Below, piece by piece: positions 20,632 through 31,225 of a DNA stretch of 64,000 nt. Position 1 is the stretch's first letter, and each line of letters opens with the position of its first letter. The stretch is taken from contig JAEHCQ010000006.1 of the NCBI GenBank assembly GCA_020696385.1, positions 64,001-128,000 on the forward strand. Reading direction: 5' to 3'. The notes under the pieces are model-generated. The model was not told the DNA's origin. It was given only the letters and a program-made list of their open reading frames with translations, and made no database searches. The stretch comes from Methanobacteriota archaeon (GTDB taxonomy: Archaea; Thermoplasmatota; Thermoplasmata; SG8-5; JAGLSY01). The position numbers were made by a program, and so were the translations under genes.

Positions 20632-23600
20632 ATGGATAATGATAAAGGAACTAAACAGTTTGTGAGCATGGCAGTTGCTATTGTTATAGCACTAAGCATG
20701 ATTCTATCCGCTACTGCACTGTTGATCAACATTCCAGTTAATGTAACTGGTGCTGACGTCAGTGAAGAGCAGGTAGTCGCACAACCACCAAGCACAGAAA
20801 TATGGTTGAAGAATGCGAGATTCAATACAGCAATGGGAGACCCGGCAATGCCTTCTACCCTTGGAATCAACGCATACCCAAACCATGTCAAGGGTACATA
20901 CATAGTGCAGAAGAGTGGAGCAGTAACCGAGGAATGGAAAGCTGATATCGCCAGGGCAGGCGGAGAAATACTCAGCTACATCCCGGACAATGCTTTACTT
21001 GTACGTATGGACAACAGTGCAAAAGGTAGAGTTGAGGCGGTAAATGGCAATCAATGGACTGGTATATACCAGCCAGCCTACAAGATCAGCCCAGAGCTGG
21101 ACGGTAGGCATGGTGAAGTGACCGTTAACATTGATATTTTCGATGGAGGCAACAATGGTCCGGCAGTAAGATTACTGAAGGACAACGGAGGTACAATAAT
21201 ATCTGTTGTTAGGAACGATAATATCAACAAGATCGTTGCAAAGTTCGATGCTTCCCTGATGGGCGATCTCGCCTCATTCCCAGATGTTAGCTGGATGAGC
21301 GAGGGCGTACAGAATAAGATCGTCAATGACGGATCAGTTCTCATCGCTCAGTCTGGTGTTCCACCAACATCAGCTATAATCCATGGCTATGGAATACAGG
21401 GCCAGGGGCAGGTAGTTGCAATTGGTGATTCCGGTCTGGCAGAAGGATTGGGAGCTACTGATGTAGACCACGACAACTTCAATGGCGGCGGATATGACGT
21501 CGGCTCTGGAGACAAGGTTTTGGACTACTACGTACCAGGAGATGCAGATGGTGCACTTGGTGACGAGGCTGGAGCTTCATACCACGGTAGCCACGTTGCA
21601 GGTACAGTATTGGGTGACGGAGCACCATATGGCGCATACACTACAGCATCATATGATGGTCACGCATACATGGCTCAGGTTATTTTCCAGGATATGGGTA
21701 GAGAAGATGATCCCGCTACACCAGTAGTAAATGAAGTGGAGTTCATCTACTCACCAACTGATTCCTACAATGATATGTTCTTTATCACAGAGGAAGCAGG
21801 CGCCAAGTTCCACACGAACAGCTGGGGCGGCGGATTTGGATACATGAGCGATGCACAGCAAGAGGATCTGTACATGTGGGACAGCCAGGATTACACCATC
21901 CTTTTCGCAGCAGGTAACGATGGCGCTGCAGACACAGTTGGTTCACAGGCAGAGTTGAAGAACGGATTTGCCGTTGCTTCACTTTCTGCAACAGGAACTT
22001 CACTGTCTTCTTTCAGTAGCAGGGGTCCAGCCGTTGACGGTAGGATAAAACCTGACATAGCATTCTGTGGAGAATCCATCATGTCTGTAGACGGCGGTGG
22101 AGGATTCCAGTCCATGCAGGGAACAAGTATGGCGACACCTGGTGTTGCCGGTAACCTTGCATTGGTTCGCCAGTACTACACAGAGGGATGGTACCCAACT
22201 GGTGCTGAGATCTCAGCAAACGGTTTCAATCCATCCGCTGCATTGATAAAGGCCACTGTCTTGAATGGTGGTAATGATATCAGCAGCTCAAGACCTGACT
22301 TTTCTCAGGGCTGGGGCAGATTGAACTTGGATGACAGTTTGTATTTCAGTGGAGATGCAATGAATGTGTTCGCACATGATAACTTAGAGGGAATGGTCAC
22401 AGGAGATTACATTGATTTCCCAATAGGTGTCGATTCTGGTGCATTGGACTTCACAGCAACTGTTGTATGGACCGATTACCCAGGTAATCCAACTGCAGCC
22501 AAGATGTTAGTTAACGATCTCGGCCTGCTTGTTATGGGACCCGGTGGAACACAATGGAGAGGTAACAACCATGCAGGTGGTTACTCTCAGGCCACTGGAA
22601 CTTCCAATAACTATGACAGTCTCAACAATGTAGAGGATGTTAGGATAAACAACCCAGCAGCCGGTACATATGTCGTAAGGGTATCTGCAGAGAACATCGC
22701 AATGGGACCACAGAACTTCGCAGTCGTGATCTCCGGTGCACTCACTGATGGATACGGAATGGTCTTCATGGACAGAACAGTTTATGATGATGCAGATTCC
22801 ATAACCGTGACAGTTGAGGACTCAAACAACCCAGCACCAACCGTTGATGTTACTTTGACAACAGCAATAACTGGTGACTCAGAGACAATAACACTTGGAT
22901 GGACAGCTATTCAGTCTGGTGTCTACAATGTAGGTGCCCCGATAGCAACCAATGTCGCTTCCGTTGCAGCAGATGGTGTATTGCAGGTCGCTCATGGTGA
23001 CACAATAACAGCATCATATGATGATGGAGACCCAAGTTTCACTGCGACAACCGTTGCATGGGCTGATTTCCACGGACCTTTGATAAGCAATGTGTTCGTA
23101 ACTGGCATCACAGGTACAACTGGTGTTCCAACATGGGACACGGATGAGAATGCTGACAGCCTTGTGACCTACAGGACTGCAGAGGTAATATCACCTCCAA
23201 TACCTGCAGGATCTTGGCTGACTTCATCTGTCGGTGACCTATCACTTATGCACAGTGTTCCATGTAAGGGCCTTGCAGAAGATACCAAGTACGAGTTCTA
23301 TGTCGAGTCAACTGACTGGCGTGGAAGGACAACCATGGACGACAATGGTGGACGTTTCTACACATTCAGGACAACAAGCGCAGCCTCTGGTGGTGCTTTG
23401 ATCCTTCTTGTGGACGATGACATCGGTAGTGTATCTGATATAGATGGTGCACCATTCGAATTGGACTGGATGAACAACCTGGACAACTACGGATGGACCT
23501 ACACACACTGGGACATGAACATCCTTGGATCTCCAACAACAGCAGATCTTAATCAGGCTCCAATGATCATCTGGACCGTGTCTGAGGGATACCCACAGAT

Positions 23601-25440
23601 CGGTGTTGATGACAGAGCCGCTCTGAAAGGATACCTTGACCAGGGCTTAACATCTTCCGGTACAGTGCCAATGGCATTGGTATCTGGTCAGGATGTAGGC
23701 TGGGACATGGGACCTGAAGGAACTGATGTCAACGTAGCCTGGCTCGCAGATTACCTGGCATCCACTTACAACAGGGATGATGCAGACGGCGGAGCCGGTA
23801 ATGAAGGTGACCGATCAGGGAACCCACCTGGGCGGGTAGACGGTATCATTCCAATGATGGTCAATGATATCGGCCATCCTCTGAACAGCATATACTCCTT
23901 CAACAACATGGACCTTGAGCAGACCGTTTACGGCGCAGACAGGTTCTGGCCGGACAGTCTCGATGTAGCACAGAATATCCAGGGAACAACAGGAGTTGCT
24001 TCATGGGACTATGACTCCAGCCAGGTCGCAGGCGACTGCGCTGCTGTCGCCCAGATCGATGGTGGATTAGCTGGAAACGCAAGGATACAGTTCGAGGGAT
24101 TCTCTCATGATATGCTGACTACCACAGGTGCAGCAAACTGGGATCCAGCAGGATCACCACCAACAATAGATGCTTACAGAGCAGGTGTTCTTGATGAGAC
24201 AGTTCAGTGGCTTCTTGGTGGAAACCACCCAACAGTCGATCTCGCAGATCCAATTGGCGGAGAGACCATAACAGCAGCAGCAACATACACGATCGATTGG
24301 ACTGTTGCAGGGGCCTCATCTGTAGATGTTTACTACAGCGCCAACAGTGGTCAGGAGTACATCAAGATAAACGGTGCTCCATTGCCAGGTACTCAGACAA
24401 GTTTGTCATGGGATATATCTGCCCTTGAAGACGCTGACACCTACAGGGTGAAGGTCGTTGCTCTCGGTAGTGCTATCTACTCAACACTGAGTGATTACAG
24501 CGAGTCCTTGAACTTCGAGATAGACCACGATATTGACAACACACCACCAATAACCATACCAGGTTCTGTTAACACAGATCTGAACCCGATCGCAGCAGGT
24601 GACACAGTTGTTCTGACAGCGACCATTGATGATTCGACCACTGGAATGTCTACAATTCAGGCAGCCGAGTGGTGCATTGCATTCTCACCAGCAACAACAC
24701 CAAGCTGGCCAGGAACCGCAATGAGTGCTCAGGATGGCACCTTCGACGCTATGATCGAGGGAGTTACGGTAACCATACCAGGCTCAACAACATCATCATG
24801 GGCAACGGGTGTAACACATCACTTGTGGGTCAGAGGACAGGACAGCGCAGGTAACTGGGCCGGTTCCTACGAGACAGAGATAACTGTCACAGGAGTCGCC
24901 GTACCACCATCAACCTATGATTTCGGAGGACTTGCAACAGGATGGAATTTCGTATCCTTCCCTGTTGACGTTACCAACACTGTATTGTCTGTATTCGATG
25001 ATGACACCTGGGGTGACGGTGGAACCGATTGGGATATTATCACATGGTATAACCCAAGCGAAGTTGATCACTGGAAGACCTATGACAAGAACCAGGCAGC
25101 AGCTGGCCTTGCACAGGACATGCCATTGGCCGATAACATGAAGGGATTCTGGATACACATCACCACAGCAGACAACGACTTCGAGGTCGGTAATGGTGTA
25201 GATGATGCATCCACAGGTATCGCTCTGTCTGCAGGATGGAACCTTGTTGGTTACCCTGCAAACGACGATTCATCCTACGATGTTAACGACCTGATAGCAG
25301 CCACTGGTGCTACAGCAGTTGAAGGTTACGGAGCTGGACCATACGATCTTGTATCACTTGCCGGTAACTACGTACTTGTACGTGGTGAGGCATACTGGGT
25401 CAAGGTTGGATCCGGTGGAACCTGGACAGTCGACTGGTAA
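20632..25440 (+). CDS. Secreted S8 subtilase (KP-43-like) with intact catalytic triad and multiple C-terminal domains
   Basis: VAIGDSG (Asp), YHGSHVAG (His), AAGND (oxyanion Asn), GTSMATP (Ser); PSAALIKA, QGWGRLNL, DSLNNVE; C-terminal GWNFVSFP/GWNLVGYP repeats; RBS GAGGAGG. Confidence 0.93.
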   Translation: MDNDKGTKQFVSMAVAIVIALSMILSATALLINIPVNVTGADVSEEQVVAQPPSTEIWLKNARFNTAMGDPAMPSTLGINAYPNHVKGTYIVQKSGAVTEEWKADIARAGGEILSYIPDNALLVRMDNSAKGRVEAVNGNQWTGIYQPAYKISPELDGRHGEVTVNIDIFDGGNNGPAVRLLKDNGGTIISVVRNDNINKIVAKFDASLMGDLASFPDVSWMSEGVQNKIVNDGSVLIAQSGVPPTSAIIHGYGIQGQGQVVAIGDSGLAEGLGATDVDHDNFNGGGYDVGSGDKVLDYYVPGDADGALGDEAGASYHGSHVAGTVLGDGAPYGAYTTASYDGHAYMAQVIFQDMGREDDPATPVVNEVEFIYSPTDSYNDMFFITEEAGAKFHTNSWGGGFGYMSDAQQEDLYMWDSQDYTILFAAGNDGAADTVGSQAELKNGFAVASLSATGTSLSSFSSRGPAVDGRIKPDIAFCGESIMSVDGGGGFQSMQGTSMATPGVAGNLALVRQYYTEGWYPTGAEISANGFNPSAALIKATVLNGGNDISSSRPDFSQGWGRLNLDDSLYFSGDAMNVFAHDNLEGMVTGDYIDFPIGVDSGALDFTATVVWTDYPGNPTAAKMLVNDLGLLVMGPGGTQWRGNNHAGGYSQATGTSNNYDSLNNVEDVRINNPAAGTYVVRVSAENIAMGPQNFAVVISGALTDGYGMVFMDRTVYDDADSITVTVEDSNNPAPTVDVTLTTAITGDSETITLGWTAIQSGVYNVGAPIATNVASVAADGVLQVAHGDTITASYDDGDPSFTATTVAWADFHGPLISNVFVTGITGTTGVPTWDTDENADSLVTYRTAEVISPPIPAGSWLTSSVGDLSLMHSVPCKGLAEDTKYEFYVESTDWRGRTTMDDNGGRFYTFRTTSAASGGALILLVDDDIGSVSDIDGAPFELDWMNNLDNYGWTYTHWDMNILGSPTTADLNQAPMIIWTVSEGYPQIGVDDRAALKGYLDQGLTSSGTVPMALVSGQDVGWDMGPEGTDVNVAWLADYLASTYNRDDADGGAGNEGDRSGNPPGRVDGIIPMMVNDIGHPLNSIYSFNNMDLEQTVYGADRFWPDSLDVAQNIQGTTGVASWDYDSSQVAGDCAAVAQIDGGLAGNARIQFEGFSHDMLTTTGAANWDPAGSPPTIDAYRAGVLDETVQWLLGGNHPTVDLADPIGGETITAAATYTIDWTVAGASSVDVYYSANSGQEYIKINGAPLPGTQTSLSWDISALEDADTYRVKVVALGSAIYSTLSDYSESLNFEIDHDIDNTPPITIPGSVNTDLNPIAAGDTVVLTATIDDSTTGMSTIQAAEWCIAFSPATTPSWPGTAMSAQDGTFDAMIEGVTVTIPGSTTSSWATGVTHHLWVRGQDSAGNWAGSYETEITVTGVAVPPSTYDFGGLATGWNFVSFPVDVTNTVLSVFDDDTWGDGGTDWDIITWYNPSEVDHWKTYDKNQAAAGLAQDMPLADNMKGFWIHITTADNDFEVGNGVDDASTGIALSAGWNLVGYPANDDSSYDVNDLIAATGATAVEGYGAGPYDLVSLAGNYVLVRGEAYWVKVGSGGTWTVDW

Positions 25441-25459
25441 GCAAGAACCTAAGCAAAAT

Positions 25460-25497
25460 GAGAGAGCCTTCGGGCTCTCTCCCTTTTAACTTTTTTT
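25460..25497 (+). terminator. Hairpin plus U-tract terminator after the subtilase gene
   Basis: GAGAGAGCC-TTCG-GGCTCTCTC followed by CCTTTTAACTTTTTTT. Confidence 0.75.
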
Positions 25498-25628
25498 AAG
25501 ATGTGCATTTCCAGGAAATGCATGCATCTTTTTTATCAAACACGAATCTTTACTTCATATATTCTAGTGTTTGATTCGATTATTTTTTATTGTTCAGCTT
25601 TGGGTTTGTTTCCATTTGTTATGCTGGT

Positions 25629-25889
25629 GTGGATAAAACCCCCGCCCATCGTTCTTAGTTCGAATCGCTTTGCGTCTCGAACTAATTATTTGCGAAATTT
25701 ACGCAAATAAGGACTCCTGGCGGGGCTCAGTTTAACTCCTCGCTTTCAATGCGAGGAGAATATCTTTTTTGCAGGGTCATCAGGTGTCACTCGAATGATC
25801 ATTGAATATAGTACCCCGACCCTGCTTTAATCGGGTCGAGGCATGCTCGCACAGATCCGCATATTCATTGTAGAGAATATGCTCTGCAA
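25629..25889. ncRNA. Structured intergenic element, family 1 copy A (candidate ncRNA or IS200/IS605-derived element)
   Basis: Multiple stems; blocks of 28/34 and 26/32 identity to the reverse complement of 50448-50574. Confidence 0.55.
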
Positions 25890-26063
25890 CAACTACGCTC
25901 TGTTGAAAATACTCCTTGTACTTTCTATTATGATATAATTGTAATCTGTATAATTTGTAAGACTACTGTTATAATATATGTATATAATGTAAATATGATA
26001 TTTGTAATTCAAATGATATTTATCTAAATAATAATAGAACAATAGAAAGAAAGTATATATTGA

Positions 26064-29000
26064 TTAAATTCTCAACTTGACACGCTTTACTTCTTTCTTC
26101 TCTTCCTTCTTTTCCTCTGGTTTTGGTGTTACAGGCTTCTGCTCCGGAGCCAGTGTTGGAACTGGGGTTGGTGCGGGCTTTGCAGGTGTTGGGCTTGGTG
26201 TTGCTGGTGTAGCGCCTCCGAGATCCCCAAGTACATCATCTTCCGCATCCTTGTCCATCTTTTCAGCAAAGCTGTTCTCGCAGTTGGTACATTTGCCGAA
26301 CCTTGTCGCACACATGCTGTGATATTCTTTGCCGCAACTGCATTTTACTATGTCAAGGCCCTTTTTCACGGTTCCCATACAAACATTACATTTCAGATCT
26401 TCAGGTGCTTTTAGCTTTTCAAAGGATGAGTCTTTCATCTTTTTCACTTCAATGTCCTCAACCACGACAATGCTTGTTGTAATTGTGTCAGTGAACTTCT
26501 GATTGTCCATCAATCTGTGATATGTTATGTCAAGGATCACTGGTTGTTCACCGATGCCCTCTGTGAACTTTATCTTGATCGGTATGGTGATCTGACTGCC
26601 GCCTCCCATGAGCTTATCTGTGTTCAGATCTCCATAGTATTCGATATCTCCTAACATTTTGATGGAGATGTCAGTACCCAATGTCTTTCCATTATTGGTG
26701 ATCGTGATCTCTGTATCCACCCAATGACCTTTGATGACCCTATCGTCTGTGATGTCGGCAGTAAGCTTGGGTCGGAAGTCATCCATTGTGCTCTGTGCTA
26801 GTTTGATACTTTGATCTACAAGCTTTATTGCCTGCTTGTGATCTTCAGATTTGATATCTCTTGCTTGCGCGAACAAAGTTTCTGCTTCTTCAACTTTGAT
26901 GCCAAATTTCTTGGCAGTGGATATCAGCGAGTTTGCTTTATATGTCAGCTCGATGAACTCTTTTTCGATACCCTTTTGAAGATCTGAGATATTGCTCATG
27001 CTCTTCTTTGCCAATTCCAATGCATTCATGTATCTCTTTATCTTCAATGATTCTTTTGCATCTTCCAGAAGGCTCAATGTTTCCGTAATATCTATGCCAA
27101 AGCCCTTTGCATGGTTTGCTGATGACTCTGAATCCGATATGAAATCTGAAACATGCTTATTCAAAATTGATACTGCTTGATCTGATGCGGTAGTGATCTT
27201 CTCGTTTGATATTCTGAACTTACCAGTTTCCATAAATGTTTTGGATTCTGCTATGATGGAGCTTAGTCCTTCCATGTCAAGGCTGAGGCTCACACCCAGA
27301 TCTATCAATTTGTAGGTGTCTGTTATCTTGGATGATAATTTTGAATAGGTTAGTCTTTGACCTTCTACCAATCCTTCCTTGGCGATTTCCTGAGCTGTCT
27401 TGTAATCATGACCGCTCATGGCATTCTCAGCATCCAATTGTAATTTTTTGGCAAGAGATATTTCGACGCCGATCTCTACAGCGGCGTCTATCTGTGACCT
27501 GAGAAGTTTCATCTGTTCTTCTGCAACCGAGAACTCCTCTCTTACCTTGTAAAGTTCATCTCCGCTTTGGATCGCATTTTCCAAAGCTTTGACATAATCT
27601 CCATTTGTGATGTTCTTCTGGGCATTTTCCAATAAGTTCTTTGCCTGTCTTGAGAATATGCCTTGTTTATCTGCCTCATCCATCTTTGTCTCTGCTGTTT
27701 TGATGGCTTTGGCGGCCATGTCTTGCTGAAGGCCGACCTTCTCGAGCTCTCCTTCACTCCTCATGGCAAGTTCCAATGCGGTTTTGTTATCGCCCTTCTC
27801 GAATGCTTCTCTGGCCTGCTCAAGAAGTTTTTCTGCAGCAGTTACAGAGACCCCATCACCCTTGGCTTTCTCAGCAGCAGACCTGAAATTTGATATGGTT
27901 TGAGTTATGTGATCATTGATCGCTTTTTCTGCGGCCTTAAGTCCATCATCTGAAAGATTGATCACACTTTCATATTTATGATTCCTCAGTTCTTCCATTG
28001 CATTATCTCTGAGCTTTTTCACATCCTCTGTGTCTGCATAGAGATTCTCTGCTTCACTGATCCTGTCCTGCAGGTCCTTGAACTTCATGGCAGCGCTCTG
28101 ACTGAGTTCTTTAATGTTCATCACTTCATCTTTTGCAGCCCTTGCGAATTCGATCGACTTGGTAAAGTCAGACTCTGTGAGCATTGTTCTTGCACTATCC
28201 AGTTTGGAATTTGGTGAGGTTATATCGATCCCGACCTCTTTTGCATCAATCAATGCCGATTCAGCTTCAGATATCAGATTGGTAATATTTGTGTTCAGAA
28301 GATCGAGTGTGCTATTCTCTATCTTTTCAGACAGCTCGATAGATGATGCAACATCCTTGTTCTTCATGGCAGTTTTTGTTTCTTCCATCAAGTTGTTAAG
28401 ATGATCAATATCGACATTCAATGTCTCCAGATGTGATAGGTATTTCCTTGCGGTTGAAAGATTATTAGCAGAAGTGTAGAGAGCAACTATATTGTCTGTT
28501 TCTTCCTTTGCATTATCAGACAATTCTTTTGCTTCAGAATATTTTGCATTCTCGAAAGCACTTTTTGCCTTGAGCAATGTTTCCATGATCGTATTGACAT
28601 CAGCATCATTTTTCTTGGCTTCTGCCACCATTGCCGCGGCCTGTGTCATGGATTCATACGCCGCCTGATGATCATCTATAATGGACCTGGCAGTTTTGAG
28701 GGTCATGCTGCTCTCGTCCATAGTGGTCTTATAATCTCCTTTCTCGAAGCCTGCCTTTGCACGCTTGAGAGCGTCCCTCATCTCATTAATATCAATACCA
28801 AGTTTCTTGGCTTCGATGACCTCTATCTTTGCATCTCCGAATTTCTTTTCTGCAGTTATCTTCTGTAGATTTATGGCATTGCGATAGACCTTTTCTGAAA
28901 GGTCTTGCGCCATTTGGAAATCCCTTCCGCTCATATTGTCATAGGATGCCTTGATATCCTGTTCAATGCTTGAAATATCACAATCCATCTCCTTGGCGAT

Positions 29001-30797
29001 CTTCACTGCATTTTCCATAAGCGATATCGTTTCCCTTGCTTTTGCGGATTGTGCTGTTTCCATCATGCTCAGGGCCTTATCCGCCTGCCTATATGCCTCA
29101 TCAAAGGCATTTTGCTCAAAGGCACTCTTTGCTTTGCCTATCAATGATTCTATCTCATTTTCATCCACTCCAGAGACTTCCTGAAGTGCTAGTTCTGCTG
29201 ATGCAATGGTATTGGAAACATGGATCTTGATTATTTCCTCTGCACGGTTTATGGCCTTGTCTGCTTCTTCCAATGCTATCCTGTGCTCCCCTTCTTTTAC
29301 TGCCTTGATCGCATTGTGCATGTAATCATTTGGTTCATCCAGGAGAGCTCCCAAACTGTCACCTGCAGAGATTACAAGTTCTGCAGTCTCTATCATGTCT
29401 GTGATGAAGGAGTACAAGGTTCCATCCAGGATCTTTGATGCGTTTTCCCTGTAGTTATTTGATTCTGAGATATTGTTGGATTCAAAATAGCTAACTGCCT
29501 TTTTGAATAATTCTTCAACATCTGCAATGTCCACTCCCAGCTCGCGTGCTTCATTGAGCTTCGCCTCGAAATCATTGAGCACATCTTCTGTCAGATCGAA
29601 CTGGCTTATTATCTCATCGACGACCTTGTCTCCTTGGTTCGCCATCTGCAATGACTCCAGGAAATCACCATCTTTCAGAGCCTCACGGGCTTTGTTAAGA
29701 AAGTCTATGGCCTCGCTAAGATCTGCCTTGTATTTCTTGGCCTTCATGAACTTGGATCGTGATTGTGATATGGTCTTCAAGACCTTCTGGAACTGTGTGT
29801 TCTGTATCTCTTCCGAGCTGTCTTTGAGAGCAGATAGGGCTTCGATATAATTACCATTCTTCAAGGCATTCCTGGCCCTGTTGATTATTTCATTGGCCTT
29901 GTCTGTATCTGCCTTGATGGTCTCGGCTTTTTCTATGTCTGTCAGCCTGTTCTCGATATTGGATGAAATGGAAATACTCAATGTCTTCTCTGCTTCTGAT
30001 TTACAGAGACGTGATGTACTCAATGCCTTTTCGAACTCACTGGTCTCCAATTCCAGCTCGATCTTTGCCAGTAATTCCTCGATCTTGGAAACATCAGCAT
30101 CAAGCTCTTTTGCACTGATAAGGAACCCTCTGGCCTCGTCCATCATCTCATCTATCTGTGCATGTATGCCCGTGTTCAATCCAGATATGCACTGTTTGAT
30201 ATTATCCAGGGCTGCTGGATAGTCTTGATTGTTCATATATTCCCTGGCATTTTCCAATAATCCTTCTGACGAGGTCATGTCCTCTCCGCTGTTCCTTGCG
30301 AGGACTATCATAGATTGGGCTGTGGAGAATTGATCTGATAAGTGTTCATGCACTACCTTTTCCAGATCCTCCCAGCATTGTTTTGATAGATCAATGGCCT
30401 TATCAAATTCATTATTCAAAATTATCTTCTTTGCTTCTTCCAACAATGCGGCAGCTTTATCAGATGGCTTGCCAAAGCCCTGGACGAGCTCCAGTAGGCT
30501 TGCCGTGGATTCCACGATCTTCATGGAATGTTCACTGTATTTCTTATTGGTCATCTCTTTGGAGCGTGTAGCAAAACCCAGTGCATTTTTATATTCCTTA
30601 TTATCAAAAGCTGCAGTAGCCTGCTGGTAGAGCTCTGTAGCTTCGGATAGGTTGATATCTGATACTTTAGCTAGCTCTATTGCTCCCTGTGCTGCCTGCA
30701 ATTCTTCCTCTGCAGATTGACGATTCTTGGTAGCTTCTTTTGCTTTTTCCTCTAGCTGTTTCGTCAACTGCATAGCTTTTAGATAGCTACTTGGCAC
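26064..30797 (-). CDS. 1577-aa cytoplasmic alpha-helical repeat protein with C-terminal Ig-like domain and C4HC3 zinc finger
   Basis: About 20 repeats of the form A+.lG.D.s.a..ll..A..a...g.y..Al..a; TEITITNNGKT Ig-like segment; CNVC-x11-CSC-x4-H-x2-C-x6-CTNC; Pro-rich linker. Confidence 0.75.
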   Translation of the reverse strand: MPSSYLKAMQLTKQLEEKAKEATKNRQSAEEELQAAQGAIELAKVSDINLSEATELYQQATAAFDNKEYKNALGFATRSKEMTNKKYSEHSMKIVESTASLLELVQGFGKPSDKAAALLEEAKKIILNNEFDKAIDLSKQCWEDLEKVVHEHLSDQFSTAQSMIVLARNSGEDMTSSEGLLENAREYMNNQDYPAALDNIKQCISGLNTGIHAQIDEMMDEARGFLISAKELDADVSKIEELLAKIELELETSEFEKALSTSRLCKSEAEKTLSISISSNIENRLTDIEKAETIKADTDKANEIINRARNALKNGNYIEALSALKDSSEEIQNTQFQKVLKTISQSRSKFMKAKKYKADLSEAIDFLNKAREALKDGDFLESLQMANQGDKVVDEIISQFDLTEDVLNDFEAKLNEARELGVDIADVEELFKKAVSYFESNNISESNNYRENASKILDGTLYSFITDMIETAELVISAGDSLGALLDEPNDYMHNAIKAVKEGEHRIALEEADKAINRAEEIIKIHVSNTIASAELALQEVSGVDENEIESLIGKAKSAFEQNAFDEAYRQADKALSMMETAQSAKARETISLMENAVKIAKEMDCDISSIEQDIKASYDNMSGRDFQMAQDLSEKVYRNAINLQKITAEKKFGDAKIEVIEAKKLGIDINEMRDALKRAKAGFEKGDYKTTMDESSMTLKTARSIIDDHQAAYESMTQAAAMVAEAKKNDADVNTIMETLLKAKSAFENAKYSEAKELSDNAKEETDNIVALYTSANNLSTARKYLSHLETLNVDIDHLNNLMEETKTAMKNKDVASSIELSEKIENSTLDLLNTNITNLISEAESALIDAKEVGIDITSPNSKLDSARTMLTESDFTKSIEFARAAKDEVMNIKELSQSAAMKFKDLQDRISEAENLYADTEDVKKLRDNAMEELRNHKYESVINLSDDGLKAAEKAINDHITQTISNFRSAAEKAKGDGVSVTAAEKLLEQAREAFEKGDNKTALELAMRSEGELEKVGLQQDMAAKAIKTAETKMDEADKQGIFSRQAKNLLENAQKNITNGDYVKALENAIQSGDELYKVREEFSVAEEQMKLLRSQIDAAVEIGVEISLAKKLQLDAENAMSGHDYKTAQEIAKEGLVEGQRLTYSKLSSKITDTYKLIDLGVSLSLDMEGLSSIIAESKTFMETGKFRISNEKITTASDQAVSILNKHVSDFISDSESSANHAKGFGIDITETLSLLEDAKESLKIKRYMNALELAKKSMSNISDLQKGIEKEFIELTYKANSLISTAKKFGIKVEEAETLFAQARDIKSEDHKQAIKLVDQSIKLAQSTMDDFRPKLTADITDDRVIKGHWVDTEITITNNGKTLGTDISIKMLGDIEYYGDLNTDKLMGGGSQITIPIKIKFTEGIGEQPVILDITYHRLMDNQKFTDTITTSIVVVEDIEVKKMKDSSFEKLKAPEDLKCNVCMGTVKKGLDIVKCSCGKEYHSMCATRFGKCTNCENSFAEKMDKDAEDDVLGDLGGATPATPSPTPAKPAPTPVPTLAPEQKPVTPKPEEKKEEKKEVKRVKLRI

Positions 30798-31225
30798 TTA
30801 TTCCACTCCAAATCCCGAGAAATCTGCCCAATCAGAAGCAATATATCCCAAATAATATAGCTTCAGCTATTTCCCATATACAGTTATAGTAACATTATAT
30901 TTATTATATATAAGTGTATCCACATACCCATTAAATAATTAATATATATGTATATTAGTAAATTGTTAGGGTGTATATCGTTAATATGTATCTGTTTCCT
31001 CAATGTTTTTACACATAATAATAACAATTGTTTTATAAAAATCATATTATGATTATATTCTCATATTAATATAATATGGTTCTTCTAATTTGTACTGTGT
31101 GGTGGTCATGTGAAGGATATAATGCATAATTTCAGCATCAAATGAATATTTATACACTCATTCATTTACTGTCCTTGAATATTGCATTGATGGGTATTCA
31201 AATTGACTTATAATGATGGATCGGT

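Noticed and set aside
25501-25710. 69-aa ORF across the structured intergenic region
   Set aside because: No RBS or protein-like features; the sequence is better explained by hairpins and T-rich terminator DNA
25740-25800. CTGATGA and GAAA on the minus strand suggesting a hammerhead ribozyme
   Set aside because: No stem II between the motifs, and CTGATGA is not conserved in the second copy
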